Shown in pieces: positions 28,172 through 40,330 of a stretch of 64,000 nucleotides of DNA; the first letter of the stretch is position 1; each line of letters begins with the position of its first letter. The notes beneath the pieces were generated by a model. The model searched no databases and had not been told where the DNA came from. It worked only from the letters and a program-made list of their open reading frames with translations. The stretch is from the NCBI GenBank assembly GCA_973895155.1, contig OZ316894.1:24860709-24924708 (forward strand). The letters run 5' to 3'. The position numbers and the translations under genes were made by a program. The stretch comes from Marsupella aquatica (Eukaryota > Plantae > Marchantiophyta).

Positions 28172-28344
28172 TTCGCCGTAGCCGCTCTCCACCACAACAT
28201 CGCAGGATTTGAGCTCGCAGGAGCTACCAATTAAGGCGATCGCTTGTTCTCGGATCAGAATCGCTTTCAACAACTGCTGGGTCAATGTGGTCAAGTAAGC
28301 TAATTTTTTTCGATGCAAAATTTCGCCACATTCGACCCCTCCAA

Positions 28345-29040
28345 AAAAGGTTTTTTTCCCTAGAAAAAACCAATTTAAATTCATTCAAAAAGTCAGCATA
28401 CAACAACAAGACAAGTTAGCATACAATAACAAGACAAGGGAGACAAGTCAGCATACAATAACAAGACAAGGGGGTAGGCACCAGGGTGGACCAAAGGTCA
28501 AAGGAACCCAAAAGAAGGGGTCAGCACCAGGGTGGACCAGAGGCCAAAGGAATTCAAAAGAAGGCCTGCACCAGTAGAGAAACTTGCCACAAAGAAACTG
28601 AAGCCAAATTAGAGGGAGTCTCAAAAGACTGGCCTGCCCGGTGAACAGGTGCCGGCGCTGGCGGGGCACCTAACAGTGGGTCCGTGATAGACCAAATCTA
28701 TAAGCCTAGCCTAGCCTGCAGTACTGGTTCTACCTCTGCAAAAGAGACACATGGAGGACCGGTGAACAGTTGCCGACGGGACACCTAACAGTGGGTCTGC
28801 GATAGACAAAAAAAACTATCAGCCTAGCCGGCAGTACTGGTTCTAGCCCTTCAAAAGAGACACATGGAGGACGTGGTATCAATCTAGCTTGCAGTACAGG
28901 TTCTACTCCTGCAAAAGAGACACATGGAGGACCCGGAGGGAAAGGTGGGATCTGCAATATGTCTTTGTGAATTTCTCAGAGTGCAATCCAGGATCCCCAA
29001 AACAATTTTGTCACTTTTGCTATCCCAATAGAAAGTTGGT
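28345..29040 (-). mobile_element. Short 3' fragment of a LINE related to the 22733-24712 element, with internal tandem repeats
   Basis: Shares the terminal attcaaaaag.cagcatacaa.aa (28382 vs 22747), tgggtccgtga and the ORF2-end region. Contains 3x cagcatacaa.aacaagacaag and 3x aaaagagacacatggaggac. Confidence 0.65.
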
Positions 29041-31057
29041 ATCCCAGTAGCCAGTTTCTCACCTAGTCTTAGACTCCAATTGCACTCAAGTACTTATGCT
29101 AAATGTTTTCGGGATGTGTCTTAATAATTGCAGATCAAGATGTGACAATATACATAAGACCCGACATAAGATGTACAAGGTCAGTGTACTATGTCAGTCA
29201 ATACCATGATAAACCCAATATTTTGTTTATCTCACCAAGTGTCATTCTAAGGGCTAGGTTCCATGGGCCAGGTGCAGGATGTACAATCACTCCCTCTGAC
29301 ACCGCCTGGGGCCCAAATTACGTGTATGCCAAACACAGTAAAGTTTTGAAGGTAGGAAATGCAATCTAGGTGAATTGTTTATAGCACTGCTTGTGATAAG
29401 GAAATAAGTTTTGGGGAGGGCATACACATGGAACTTGCTTTGAACTTTGTTCTGTAGCAGATAAAAGGACTATTATTTTATCATATGAAAAAATAAATCT
29501 TATTTACGGAGCCCCATTAGGGGTCCCTTGCAAATTCCCTGGCACGAGGATGCGCCACATCATCGAGGTCGTATGGTGACAAACAGGATAGAGCAGGTTT
29601 TCTGGAAAACAAAAAGGTCCTTGATATGTTTGTGTTCATATTCGTGTAAATTATGGGGCGTCATGCCATAAATATTAAGCGTGAAAAAAACCAGAATACA
29701 AAGGAAAAGATGTCATTTTTTCACTGTAATCGTATTAGTTACCTTTCGAGTGTTTTCAAATTATTTACTATGTAATTAGTTAGGTAACTGCCTCTAAAAT
29801 AACATAAGTAAGTAACTGCTCATACGTGATCCTCTCTCTTTTGATGTGAGAGATACCAATAAGAGATGACTGTGAACAGGGTACTGTCATTCTATCACAT
29901 TGTGTCGAAGAAACGGAGGAGCGATCTTCAACTGAGTTTTGAGTTGTGAGGTGAATGGTGGATATCGTATGATCGTATAACTTGCACACACTTAAAGAAC
30001 CGTCACCGACTCAAGAAATGCAACATCAAAAAATGCCCACCTCCCTTTCTTGATGAACTACCCTGACCAAGACAACGGGGAGACTCAAAACCATTGGTTA
30101 TTGCCTTGCTGAAATTGATTTCACTTCATCACAAACATTCTTTAGATGAACATGATGGGGGACCACGGATTAATTATAAAGTGTCAACTACAAGTTAGAG
30201 TTGGGGCCTAGGCTTCTGGAGTGAAGCCTCTAGATTGTAACTCCATGGTTCATCATGTGGATTGGAAAACTCATGACTATGATGTATGTTAAATGATAAC
30301 AATGCATGCTATTTGTCACGATTTCTATTTATACTAAAAAATGAGCTCTATGGCCCCACCATAACATATGTGCATAGAAGAGAGATATGCCTAGAAAAGA
30401 ATATGGTATGTTATGTATGATTATTAAAATGATCTCATACATGATGCTTTTTTTATCATCTTATTAACCTTCAAAAAATGTGAATAAGGAATATATTTTG
30501 GTGACAATTTGTTTGTCTTCCCCTCTATTCATGTTCTTTGCACAGGTAGTGGGGACTAGTTCTTTCTAATTACAGAACAATCGTTTATTTATTTACGGTA
30601 GATCATGTGTTAATATTATGTGGCAAAACTGTAAAAGAATTTACTCTGTGAATAGTGTATGTAATTAATCTCATTGTTACACTCATAGCAGCCCCCTAGA
30701 GTATCACAATGTTGTGCATGTTTATTGTGAAGGAAAACGGGTCGGGTTCAATTCTGGCACTGGGTTTGTGTGCTCAGCTGGTGCCAGTTTTAGACCTGGG
30801 AAATTATAAATGAACGAATGAGAAAGGGAAAAAGCCTAAAAAATAACATGAAGGGGTTTTTTAAAACACAAGATACCACAAATTAAACTTAAAATTAAAG
30901 GGGTTCAAATCCCTCTGTCGCGGTTTCCTTCCAATTTCACATGAATAAATTACAAAGGAAAGACTTTCATAGGACAAATCAAAACTGAATTATAAGATAA
31001 TAACTGGAAAATGTTCATTCTGAGAAAGTCAGATGGCTTCTCTAGCTATGATGGGTG

Positions 31058-31405
31058 TGTTAGGATTTACTCTTAGGTCTAGAGTTACGAATGTACCGTA
31101 GTTAGGGCTAACCTTAGTCGCAGACTTGGTTAGGTTAGTCATGTTGTGCATACTCTATAACCAAGCAGTGTTTGCTTGGAGAGGGGGAACTCAGGCTCAT
31201 TGTGACGGAGCTAGTTGAGAGATAGCGAGAGCTTGCATTGTGGATGCTTGGTATGGCCGGTCAGCCTAGAGTGCAGTAATAAAAGCTCGTGTGTGTTCCC
31301 GTGGACGTAGCCTCATGTGGAGTGAACCACGTATCTCTCGGTGTCGACTATTGTGTGTTGGATGGTTCATGGGCTTGCTGTTGCGATCGTCGTCTATGCT
31401 CAACA
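31058..31405 (+). mobile_element. Solo LTR (348 bp) of a family related to the adjacent copia element; TSD GGGTG
   Basis: TGTTAG…CTCAACA termini with GGGTG at 31053-31057 and 31406-31410. The 3' two-thirds closely resemble the LTRs at 32051 and 38821 (ggagctagttgagagatag…gtagcctcatgtgga…tctatgctcaaca). Confidence 0.9.
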
Positions 31406-31717
31406 GGGTGTGAGGAAGTCTGGTCATCGTCTCTTAATTCCTTCATGATGTTTCTCTTTTTAATTTGTTGGTGTTATAGCACTCTACTCTTACTCAGAAT
31501 CTGTTAGGCCTTTTAAAAGTATATGAAACCCTGTCAAGAGGGGGTTATGGGCAATGACAGCTCTTCAAGACTAGAGCTAAAGCCCAAATTTTCCCTGGTG
31601 TTATGGTAAGAATGCTCAGTTACTAGGAAGTTAGTGTATTCATACTTAAAAGAGGTCTAACAAGCTACACCAAGGACCCACCAAAGCAAGCCATTTTGCA
31701 TGCAACTTTTCTTCAAT

Positions 31718-32031
31718 TCTATAATTATACTCAATCCCACCTTAAAATACATACTCAATCTTTTCTATCTCGACATCTTTTTATCACCTTAAGTGGCATC
31801 TTTATCACACCACGGCATCTTTCCCTCACCCTGGACAATTTTTTCTCTCCTTGACATCTTTCCTTTTTACATCTTTTTCTCATCTCGCTGCCTTTTCTCT
31901 CGTTGATCTCTACTTTTCATTTCAACATCATTTTTCTTTTTTTCTCATCGACATATTTTTTCACCTTGACATCTTTCCGTGTCCCCTACTTGCCTCAACA
32001 TCTTTTGTGTAACGCACAGGCATCGAGCTAG
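31718..32031 (+). mobile_element. Putative short non-autonomous Helitron (3' end well supported, 5' end tentative)
   Basis: 3' end tgtgtaacgcacaggcatcgagCTAG|t: a decayed hairpin then CTAG-T, resembling plant Helitron 3' termini. Possible TCTATAAT 5' end at 31718. Confidence 0.45.
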
Positions 32032-32050
32032 TGGTTTCTTATGTATAATT

Positions 32051-32398
32051 TGTTAGATATTGCTCTAGTCTTGTGACTCATGAGCTAACCACAGTTAGTC
32101 TAACTCAGGTTAGGACTTAGCTAATGTTAGCGGTAGTGTTGTTGTGTATATAGCCAGGGCTGATGCCAGACTGTGGTGGAACTTAGGCTCATTGTTATGG
32201 AGCTAGTTGAGAGATAGGGAGAGCTTGTGCTGTGGATGCTTGGTATGGCCGGCCGGTTGGCCTAGAGTGCAGTAAAGCTCTTGTGTGTTCCCGTGGATGT
32301 AGCCTCATGTGGAGGTGAACCACGTATCTCTTAGTGTTGACTATTGTGCGTTGAATGGTTCATGGGCTTGCCGTTGTGAATGTTGTCTATGCTCAACA
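32051..32398 (+). repeat. 5' LTR of the copia element
   Basis: TGTTAGATATTG…GCTCAACA, followed by AG and the PBS. Confidence 0.95.
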
Positions 32399-32400
32399 AG

Positions 32401-32412
32401 TGGTATCAGAGC
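32401..32412 (+). other. Primer binding site complementary to the 3' end of initiator tRNA-Met
   Basis: TGGTATCAGAGC two bases after the 5' LTR. Confidence 0.92.
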
Positions 32413-34041
32413 ATGCCTGGGAGGTGACGAGGCTTTTTCGTGACAGGTTTTTCCAACGTTCATTGTCAATGGTACATTCGGAGTTTTGTCGCATGAAACT
32501 CGAATGTGTGTGGCTGTGAGGATAGGTTAGTGAGAGGGCTTTCTAACGGTGGTTAGAAATCACTGATCGGTATCCGTGGTGCGGAGGAATTGAAGTTTGC
32601 GTCGTTCACGTTTTATTCGTGTTCGACGGTATTTTCGGGGAGAGACCAGAGTTTGTGTTTTTCAACGGTGTGAACTGTGCGGTGCGGGAGGGATTGCACA
32701 TTATAGCTCAAGTTGAAGGTTGAAGCAAGCTGGTCATTTCGGTAGCTGATTTGCTGCCGAGTTGTGACCGAGTGCGACGTGACGAGTGAAGGAGACGTTC
32801 AGGTTTTTTCACAAGCTATGGAGCTTGTTCCCATCTGAACCGGGTTTCTCTTCATGACGTCTGACTCGGTGGACGAAACACGAAGTGCCATGGCTCAACG
32901 GTTTGATTGCGACGAGGCGGTCATTTTGAGCTCGGGATTGGTACTTGACGCGGAGTGAAGGCGATGCGACGGAAACAATTTACTCTGTTGGAGTTGCAGA
33001 CTGTGCCGGTGAAATTTGGCAACATTTTTTCCGTCGGCGATGTTCCCCTTTACTCATTGAAAACGATGGCGGTTGAGGTGAGTAATTGCCACTTTTTCTA
33101 GGGGGGGTCATTTTTGCTTTTAAACGGGTTTTACACACCCTTTTTTAGTGTGTACTGTGTGTATACACACACAGTATAGGCCGGCCCCGCGTACCCGGAT
33201 TTCCCCCCCGCACCCCATTTTTTCTGCCGTAGCGACGAGCTGCGCAGCGCCGGCCGGCGCTTCTCGCGCGCTCGTACGCCTTTTGGAAGCTGGCCCCAAC
33301 TCCCTTCGATGCGCCTTCAACGCGCCTTCGCACCCGACCATTTACGCCCGTGCCCTCGCGCTCGCGACCCCTGCTTGCGACCTGGCTCCCTGCCGGTCGC
33401 CTCGCCCTCGCCCTCCCCGGCCATTTTTTCAGGCATACGCGGCTGCGTATGCAATCGCCCGATACTGCCTTGTACACACCTTGTCGCCTGGTGTACCCGC
33501 GCATTTTTAAGGCGTATATTTTGTTAAGGGGATTTAGCACCCCCTTTAGGGGCTTTTAATAGTTTTTTTCTTCCCTCTTGTTTAACTTCGTGCCGGGACC
33601 TGCCGCCCTCCGTTTTAACCACTCCAACAGGGGGAACGGCCCCCTGTGAGACCTGCTGTACTGTGTGGGAATATTCCCAAAAAACAGAGAGCTGTTTTTT
33701 GGCCGTCCTACAAAGATTCTGTCTGTCGAACGGTAACTTTTTTGGTTCTTTTTTGGCAAGGACGTTGCCACTGGAGTTAGCAACGCGACACACCGATCAC
33801 ATTGCAATTCCGACGACCGGTTGTACTGGGTATTTTGGTTATTCTCCGAGGTGGTCAAAACGGAGGAGTTTCCCAAGGTTTTACCCACCCCGACCAAAAT
33901 TTGAATAACTTTTCCGTCGAATTTTGATTTTGATTTCGGCTTTCAGTATTGGACTCCTAGCTTTGTGGGCTACATGGCGGTGTTGAGTTTTGAGTTTTAT
34001 GAGAAGTTTCAAAAAAAGACATTTTTTCGTGATTGTTTCAT

Positions 34042-37000
34042 ATGAGTGACTCAGAGGATACTGGAAGAATTGGCGTCAGTGGAGCTTCAGGATCGCAACG
34101 GTCAGACAAAGAGTCTGAGGAAGAGCTGCTACCGTTTGAGGAGGAACTAGTGACACCGGTAAGATCACCAGTGCGGCGTGCAGTGGAGGAAGCTGTACTA
34201 CTACCAGAGCTGTCGGTAGTAGGGAAGAAGAGGGAGATGGCTAGATTCAGAGGAGTGAAGTTTGAGGTGGAGAAGTACGATGGTCATACTGATTACTTGC
34301 TGTGGGAGAAGCAAGTGAAGGGTGTTCTACGGGCCATGGGCTTAGCTCATCTGCTTTCATCGCAAGAGTAGTATGATGGAGAGGAGGAGATTTCAGTGAG
34401 GCAGTGGAGACAGGAGCAGGTGATTGCTGTCAATGCAGTGATGTTATATCTCAAGTCGCACATCATCAAGCAGCTGGATGATTATGCGGATTGCGCGTTA
34501 CTGTTCAAGGCTCTTAGAGAGAAGTACTACCGGGAAGATGCGTCAGACCGACTATACAAGAAGTCTCTCTTGATGAGCCTCAGGCTCAAAGAAGGGAGCA
34601 AGATGCAAGATCATCTAGATGAATTTGACAGTCTAGCGGTGGATCTGTCAAACCTGGGAAAAGGAGTTGAAGATGAGGATAAGGCCTTGCTTCTGCTAAG
34701 CTCCTTACCGCTGTCATATCAGGGCTTGAAACAGGTGTTGTTGTACAAAGATTTGAAGTCCATTTCGTATAATGAGGTGGTGAGCTCTTTACTGTCTGAT
34801 GATGCTCAGAAGAAGCTTGGTCAATCACAGATAGCATCTTCTTCTGGCACTGCGCTCAATGTGAACAGGGGAAGAGCAGCGCAACGCACGAATGGGCTGA
34901 ACAGGTTTAGATCTATATCACGGGGGAGATCTAAATCCAGAGGGAAATCGCAAGAGAGAAAGCCTCTTGCATGTTGGAATTGTGGCAAGCTTGGCCACAT
35001 GAAAAGGGATTATCGAGTAAAGGTCCCTACTGCCTCTGCTAACGCGGCATCGAGCTCGCATGAGGTAGATTTACTCGATGATGATGACATATTGTGATGT
35101 CAAGGTTATGCTCTTAACGTAGTGTCAAATCCAGGTAGTGATGACTGGATTCTAGATAGTGCATGTACTTTTCACATTTGCTCTAGGAGAGATTTTTTCA
35201 GTTCTTACACGGTTTCCAATGGATCAGTGTTGATGGGAAATGGAATCCCATATCAAGTTGTTGGACTTGGATTTGTAAGATTTCAGATGTTTGATGGTGC
35301 TGTGAGAACGTTGAGGAATGTGAAACATATTCCCACCATGATGAAAAATCTCATTTCACTTGGAGTTTTAGAAGCAAATGGCCATCAGTGGAGTTTTGCT
35401 AATGGTGTCCTTCAGGTTTCAACTGGTACTAAAGTTGTATTGAAGGGAAAGAGACATAGCAATCTATACGTTTTGGAGGGCAGTGTAGTCTGTGATCAAG
35501 CCAATGTAACCTTATCTCATGAGGAGACGGCCCGACTGTGGCACTTCTGTTTGGGCCACATGAGTGAAAAAGGTTTGGTTATTCTTCAACTCGGGGGTTT
35601 CACTTCCACAAAAATGACATATCACGTGCGACGAAGGATAGGGTCATTTTATTGGTTCTAAGGGAAGACTTAAGAATTTTTGTAGAAGAACAATAGGGTC
35701 TTTTAAATTCAATTTTGAGACTTATAAGAACACTAGGGTCTTTTCAATCCAATTTTTAGAATATTCTAACTTTATAGGGGTTAAAAAAAATTTAAAAAAA
35801 TTCTTACATTTTAGGGGGTCCGAGGCCTAAAAACGTCGCAGGCGATGGGGAGGTCCCCATATAGTGAGACCCCCGAGTTATTCAAAAGAAAGGATTACTT
35901 TCTAATTTGCAATATTGTAAGTTGGAATTTTGTGAGCACTGTGTGCTAGGGAAGCAGCACAGGAAACCCTTCGGAGTTGGAACTCACACCAGCAAGGAGG
36001 TACTTGAGTATGTACATAGTGATGTGTGGGGTCCAGCCCCTACTCCCTCACATTCTGGACGGTTATACTATGTCACGTTCATAGACGATTACTCAAGGTA
36101 TGTGTGGATATACTTTATACACAATAAGTCTGATGTTTTTGCCACTTTTAAGGAGTGGAAAGCCCAAGTAGAGAATCAGATTGGTAATAAGGTGAGATAT
36201 CTTCGATCGGATAACGACGGTGAATACAGTTCTAGGGAATTTGGAACGTATTGTAAGGAGCAGGGGATTACCCGCTATCTCACAACAAGTTATACTCCTC
36301 AGCAGAATGGTGTTTTTGAGAGACTCAACCGAACACTATTGGAACGCTCGAGGAGTATGTTGAATCAATCATGCTTACCACAGGAGTTTTGGGTTGAAGC
36401 TGTCAACACTGCAGCTTATTTGGTAAATTTTTCTCCATCCAGTTCTATTGGATTCAAGACGTCATTTGAAATGAGATACGGGCGTCCAACAGATTACTTA
36501 CATCTGAGGATTTTTGAATGTGATGCTTATGTGCTTACACCTTCCCAGCTTCCATCCAAGCTGGAGTCCAAGTCGAAGAAGTGCATTTTCCTTGGCTATC
36601 AGAAAGGTGTGAAGGGTTATAGGTTATGGGATCCAGTAACCTGTAAGCTAATTGTCAGTAGAGATGTATCCTTTAATGAGTCCAGATCATCAAAGGAGGG
36701 GGAGAGTTCTCAGGACTTCTATACTGACAAGGGGAAATCTCCCATCCCGGACCGGGTTGAGGGGGAGATTAGTCATGATGCAATTCATGACAGGAGAGAT
36801 GGAGAAGCTCCGGGTTTGGAGCTGGTTCCTGTGATCGAACAAGAGGAGCAGATTATTGCTGGGGTACCTCAAATTCGACCAGCAGCAGCAGATCAGCCTG
36901 AGTCATCTACTAGAAGAACTTCCAGTCGTTCTACTAGAGCTCCTACCAGGTATGGTCAATGGGCAGACTCATCTAAGCTAGATGATATTGACATTGCACC

Positions 37001-38613
37001 TGATGAAGATGACATGGCTTTGATCTTGGAAGAAGGAGAGCCTTCTTCGTACAATGAGACTTGTGCTTCAGAGCATAAGCATGAGTGGAATGCAACAATG
37101 CAGAGGGAGTTGCAATCTTTGAGTGACAACAAGACATGGAAGCTGGTGGAGCTTCCAAGAGGTCAGCAAGTGGTGGACAGCAAGTGGATTTACAAGTTGA
37201 AGGATAGTCCTTCAAAGGGTGGAGATAAGATCTACAAGGCAAGGCTTGTTGCCAAGGGGTTCACTCAGGAGAAAGGAGTGGACTACAATGAGGTCTTTTC
37301 ACCGGTGGCTAAGTATTCCACAATACGGATCTTGTGTCAGCTTGTTGTATTTTTTGGTCTGGTGATGGATCAGATGGATGTTGTTACTGCTTTTCTCTAG
37401 GGCAACTTGGAAGAGTTGATCTTCATGAGACAGCCACTAGGCTTTATGAAGAAGAGCCAAGAGAACTTAGTTTGCAGATTGCTCAAGTCCTTGTATGGAT
37501 TGAAGCAGTCTTCCAGACAGTGGAACAAGCAGTTTGATGATTTCATGTTTGCTCAAGGTTTTACAAGGATGGTGTATGATCCTTGTGTGTATACGAAATC
37601 AACCAAGAATGATGTGTTTGGTTTCATCATTCTAGTGATCTATGTGGATGACATGCTGATTGTGGCTAAAGATCAATCTGAAGTTGACAGTCTGAAGGCG
37701 AAATTAAGTGCTGAATTCAGGATGAAGGATCTTGGTAAGGCCAAGAGGATCTTAGGGATGAAGATTTTTAGGAACTCTGATACTGGACAGTTGTGCTTGA
37801 GTCAGGGCCAGTATGCGAGGAAAGTACTTGCACGATTCAACATGGAAAACTGTAAGCCAGTGAGTATTCCTTTAGCTTCACATTTCAAGTTATCATCAAC
37901 TTTCTCTCCTACGGATGCTGTGGAGAAAGGTCTGATGGCTAAGATTCCTTATGAGAAGACAGTAGGCAGTCTGATGTATTTGATGACTTGTACTAGGCCT
38001 GACTTGGCCCTAGCGATGGGCAAGGTTAGCAGATTCATGTCAAATCCAGGGAAGGTAGAGTCATTGGGAAGCTATGAAGTGGATTCTCAGGTATCTGAAG
38101 GGAACACAGGACTATGGATTACTATTTGATAATAGATCAAATAGAACGTTATTTGGCTATGTAGATTCTGACTATGGAGGCTGTCTGGATACAAGGAGGT
38201 CTACAACTGGGTTTGTATACACTCTTGGAGGAGGATGTATCAGTTGGAAATCTACCTTGCAGAAGTGCATTTCTCAGTCTACTACAGAAGCAGAGTATGT
38301 TGCAGCAGTAGAAGCAACAAAGGAGGCAATTTGGTTGGATAAGTTGATCGCGGAGATGGGTTTAGAGTATGGAAAAATGACTCTAAAGTGTGATAGTCAG
38401 AGTGCTCTTCACTTGGCTGCTAACCAGGTGATGGATAGCAGGGTGAAGCACATTGATATCAGGTACCATTTTATCAGGCAAACAATGTCTGATAAAACTT
38501 TTGAGCTAGTCAAGATTGATGGAAAGCTCAATCTCGCTGATGCCTTTACCAAAGTGATTCTTTTGGAGAGTTTCTCAAGACACCGTGCTACTTTGCAGGT
38601 TTTGCAGTTGTAG
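34042..38613 (+). pseudogene. Copia gag-pol polyprotein, disrupted
   Basis: ATG at 34042. Gag with zinc knuckle CWNCGKLGHMKRDY (last Cys changed to Tyr), protease WILDSACTFH, integrase (WHFCLGH…CEHC, HSDVWGP, LRSDNDGEY, ERLNRTL), RT (YKARLVAKG, IYVDDML) and RNase H (YVDSDYGG, TEAEY). In-frame stops at ~34371, ~35097 and ~37400, a MITE insertion, and a frameshift near 38060. Confidence 0.93.
35588..35879. mobile_element. MITE (~292 bp) nested in the copia integrase N-terminal region
   Basis: 17-bp TIRs AACTCGGGGGTTTCACT / AGTGAGACCCCCGAGTT (1 mismatch), AT-rich interior, TTC(A) on both flanks. Removing it restores GHMSEKGLVILQKKGLLSNLQYCKLEFCEHC. Confidence 0.88.
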
Positions 38614-38820
38614 TGCAAGTAGAGTTATTTAGCAATGTGTGACTATTTGTTTATGGGTTACTCATTCCTGTTTGACTACGACTTAGTTCTAGTTAACCCT
38701 TAGTTAACCCTTGTGATTTTTAGGGGGAGACCTGGTTTGGTGATTGTCTAGAACTTCCCGCTAAGGATTCCATATGGTAGCATTTAGTTCAGTCCCCAAG
38801 ACAAGAGTCAAGGGGAAGTT

Positions 38821-39163
38821 TGTTAGATATTGCTCTAGTCTTGTGACTCATGAGCTAACCACAGTTAGTCTAACTCGGGTTAGGACTTAGCTAATGTTAG
38901 CGGTAGTGTTGTTGTGTATATAGCCAGGGCTGATGCCAGACCCTGGTGGAACTTAGGTTCATTGTTACGGAGCTAGTTGAGAGATAGGGAGAGCTTGTGC
39001 TGTGGATGCTTGGTATGGCCGGTTGGCCTAGAGTGCAGTAAAACTCTTGTGTGTTCCCGTGGACGTAGCCTCATGTGGAGGTGAACCACGTATCTCTTTG
39101 TGTTGACTATTGTACGTTGGATGGTTCATGGCTTGCCGTTGTGAATGTTGTCTATGCTCAACA
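38821..39163 (+). repeat. 3' LTR of the copia element
   Basis: TGTTAGATATTG…GCTCAACA, preceded by the PPT and followed by TSD TAATT. Confidence 0.95.
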
Positions 39164-39644
39164 TAATTACACTAAAATCCTATTAGATGACATTTGGGGT
39201 TTTCAAAACAATTGTCTTTTGTGTATACAGTAAAATCTTGTTTAGACGGCTTTATGGGATATACTGCCCCAATGAAACTAAAACCAAAGCTTTTGCTCTA
39301 GTTTGGAGTGGCTATCATTGCCCATAATGCTGGAACAGGTCAAGCTTAGTAATCTTTTTTATTTTTTGTGACTTTAGTAAGATAAAGTAGAGTAGAATCT
39401 CCCTAAAGATAACCAGATTTTGAACTGGGCATTCCCATAAGGCCCTGACAAATAAAAATACATTAAGAAATAAAAGAGAGAACCAATAAAAATCTCGAAG
39501 GGCATCTAAAAATCAAAGAGATAAACGTTAAGAACTCAAAGAGACAAACGATTCTAGAACTCAAAGAGAGAAACGATTCTTTCTTATGAAGTCAACATTT
39601 AGAATCTGAGTTAAACGATTCTCTTACACAGTCAACAGCGCATT

Positions 39645-39900
39645 CTGAATACTCCTTCCCGTTTGGATTGACTGCCGGACTGAGCTGGGAGAATGCATTC
39701 CAAATCTGAGTCTCAAGACCACTCCTCCCGGTTTGGATTCACTCCTGGACTGATCGAGCTGGGAGAATGCGTGCTGAAGCTGAGTGTGCAGAACACACCT
39801 TCCAGTTTGGATTGATTCCTGGACTGAGCTGGGAGAATGCAGAAACTGGCTCAGTCCTAGACCACTACTTCCGGTTTAGATTTAGCTCAACTGAGCTCGG
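39645..39900. repeat. ~70-75-bp tandem repeats upstream of GDSL copy A (3 copies; 2 copies at ~53110-53235 in unit B)
   Basis: gtttggatt(g/c)a(c/t)t(g/c)c(c/t)ggactga…gctgggagaatgc at ~39660, ~39730 and ~39805. Confidence 0.75.
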
Positions 39901-40001
39901 TCAACAACAGAGTCTGAATTGAAAATGCAATAGCGTGAGATTGAAAAAGCTGGCTCGTGCCCAGACAACTACTTCCTGTTTAGATCTCATTTCAAGTCAC
40001 C

Positions 40002-40008
40002 TATATAA
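40002..40008 (+). promoter_or_regulatory. Candidate TATA box of GDSL copy A (equivalent at 53399-53405 in copy B)
   Basis: CTATATAA ~330 bp upstream of the ATG, conserved in both copies; no transcript evidence. Confidence 0.3.
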
Positions 40009-40330
40009 TAACTAGAGCTCAGACTTAGATCACTCTTTACGAATGTAAAACCGAATTATTAGTAAAAAGGTATAATGCTTGGAAGGTCGCAGATTACGAC
40101 ACTCCCGTTGTCGTTCATCACTGTTGATCCTTCAAACTAATGTAGTATCTCGACTCACAACACCACCAATCATTGACTATTTCAATTCACAAGACCACTT
40201 TTGACTCTTTGAAATATAGTTTAGGTTCACAAAGAATAGACTTGACTGGGTGATAGGGTTTGACAGAGTGAGGTCTCAATAAGGAGAGGTCGATCCTGAG
40301 TTTGCATTCATAGCAGCTCGAACACGAACA

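Larger units (their letters stand above)
32051..39163 (+). mobile_element. Full-length Ty1/copia LTR retrotransposon (decayed); TSD TAATT
   Basis: 5' LTR 32051-32398 and 3' LTR 38821-39163 (TG…CA; ~10 substitutions and 2 indels by eye). TSD TAATT at 32046-32050 and 39164-39168. PBS TGGTATCAGAGC at 32401-32412; PPT AAGGGGAAG at ~38810-38818. Domain order gag-PR-INT-RT-RH. Confidence 0.97.

Noticed and set aside
33120-33560. Several overlapping Ala/Arg/Pro-rich ORFs
   Set aside because: By-product of the GC-rich copia leader; no domain motifs.
35857-35864. CCATATAG inside the MITE, identical to the HUH element's direct repeat
   Set aside because: A single 8-mer match is expected by chance in 64 kb; no other similarity.
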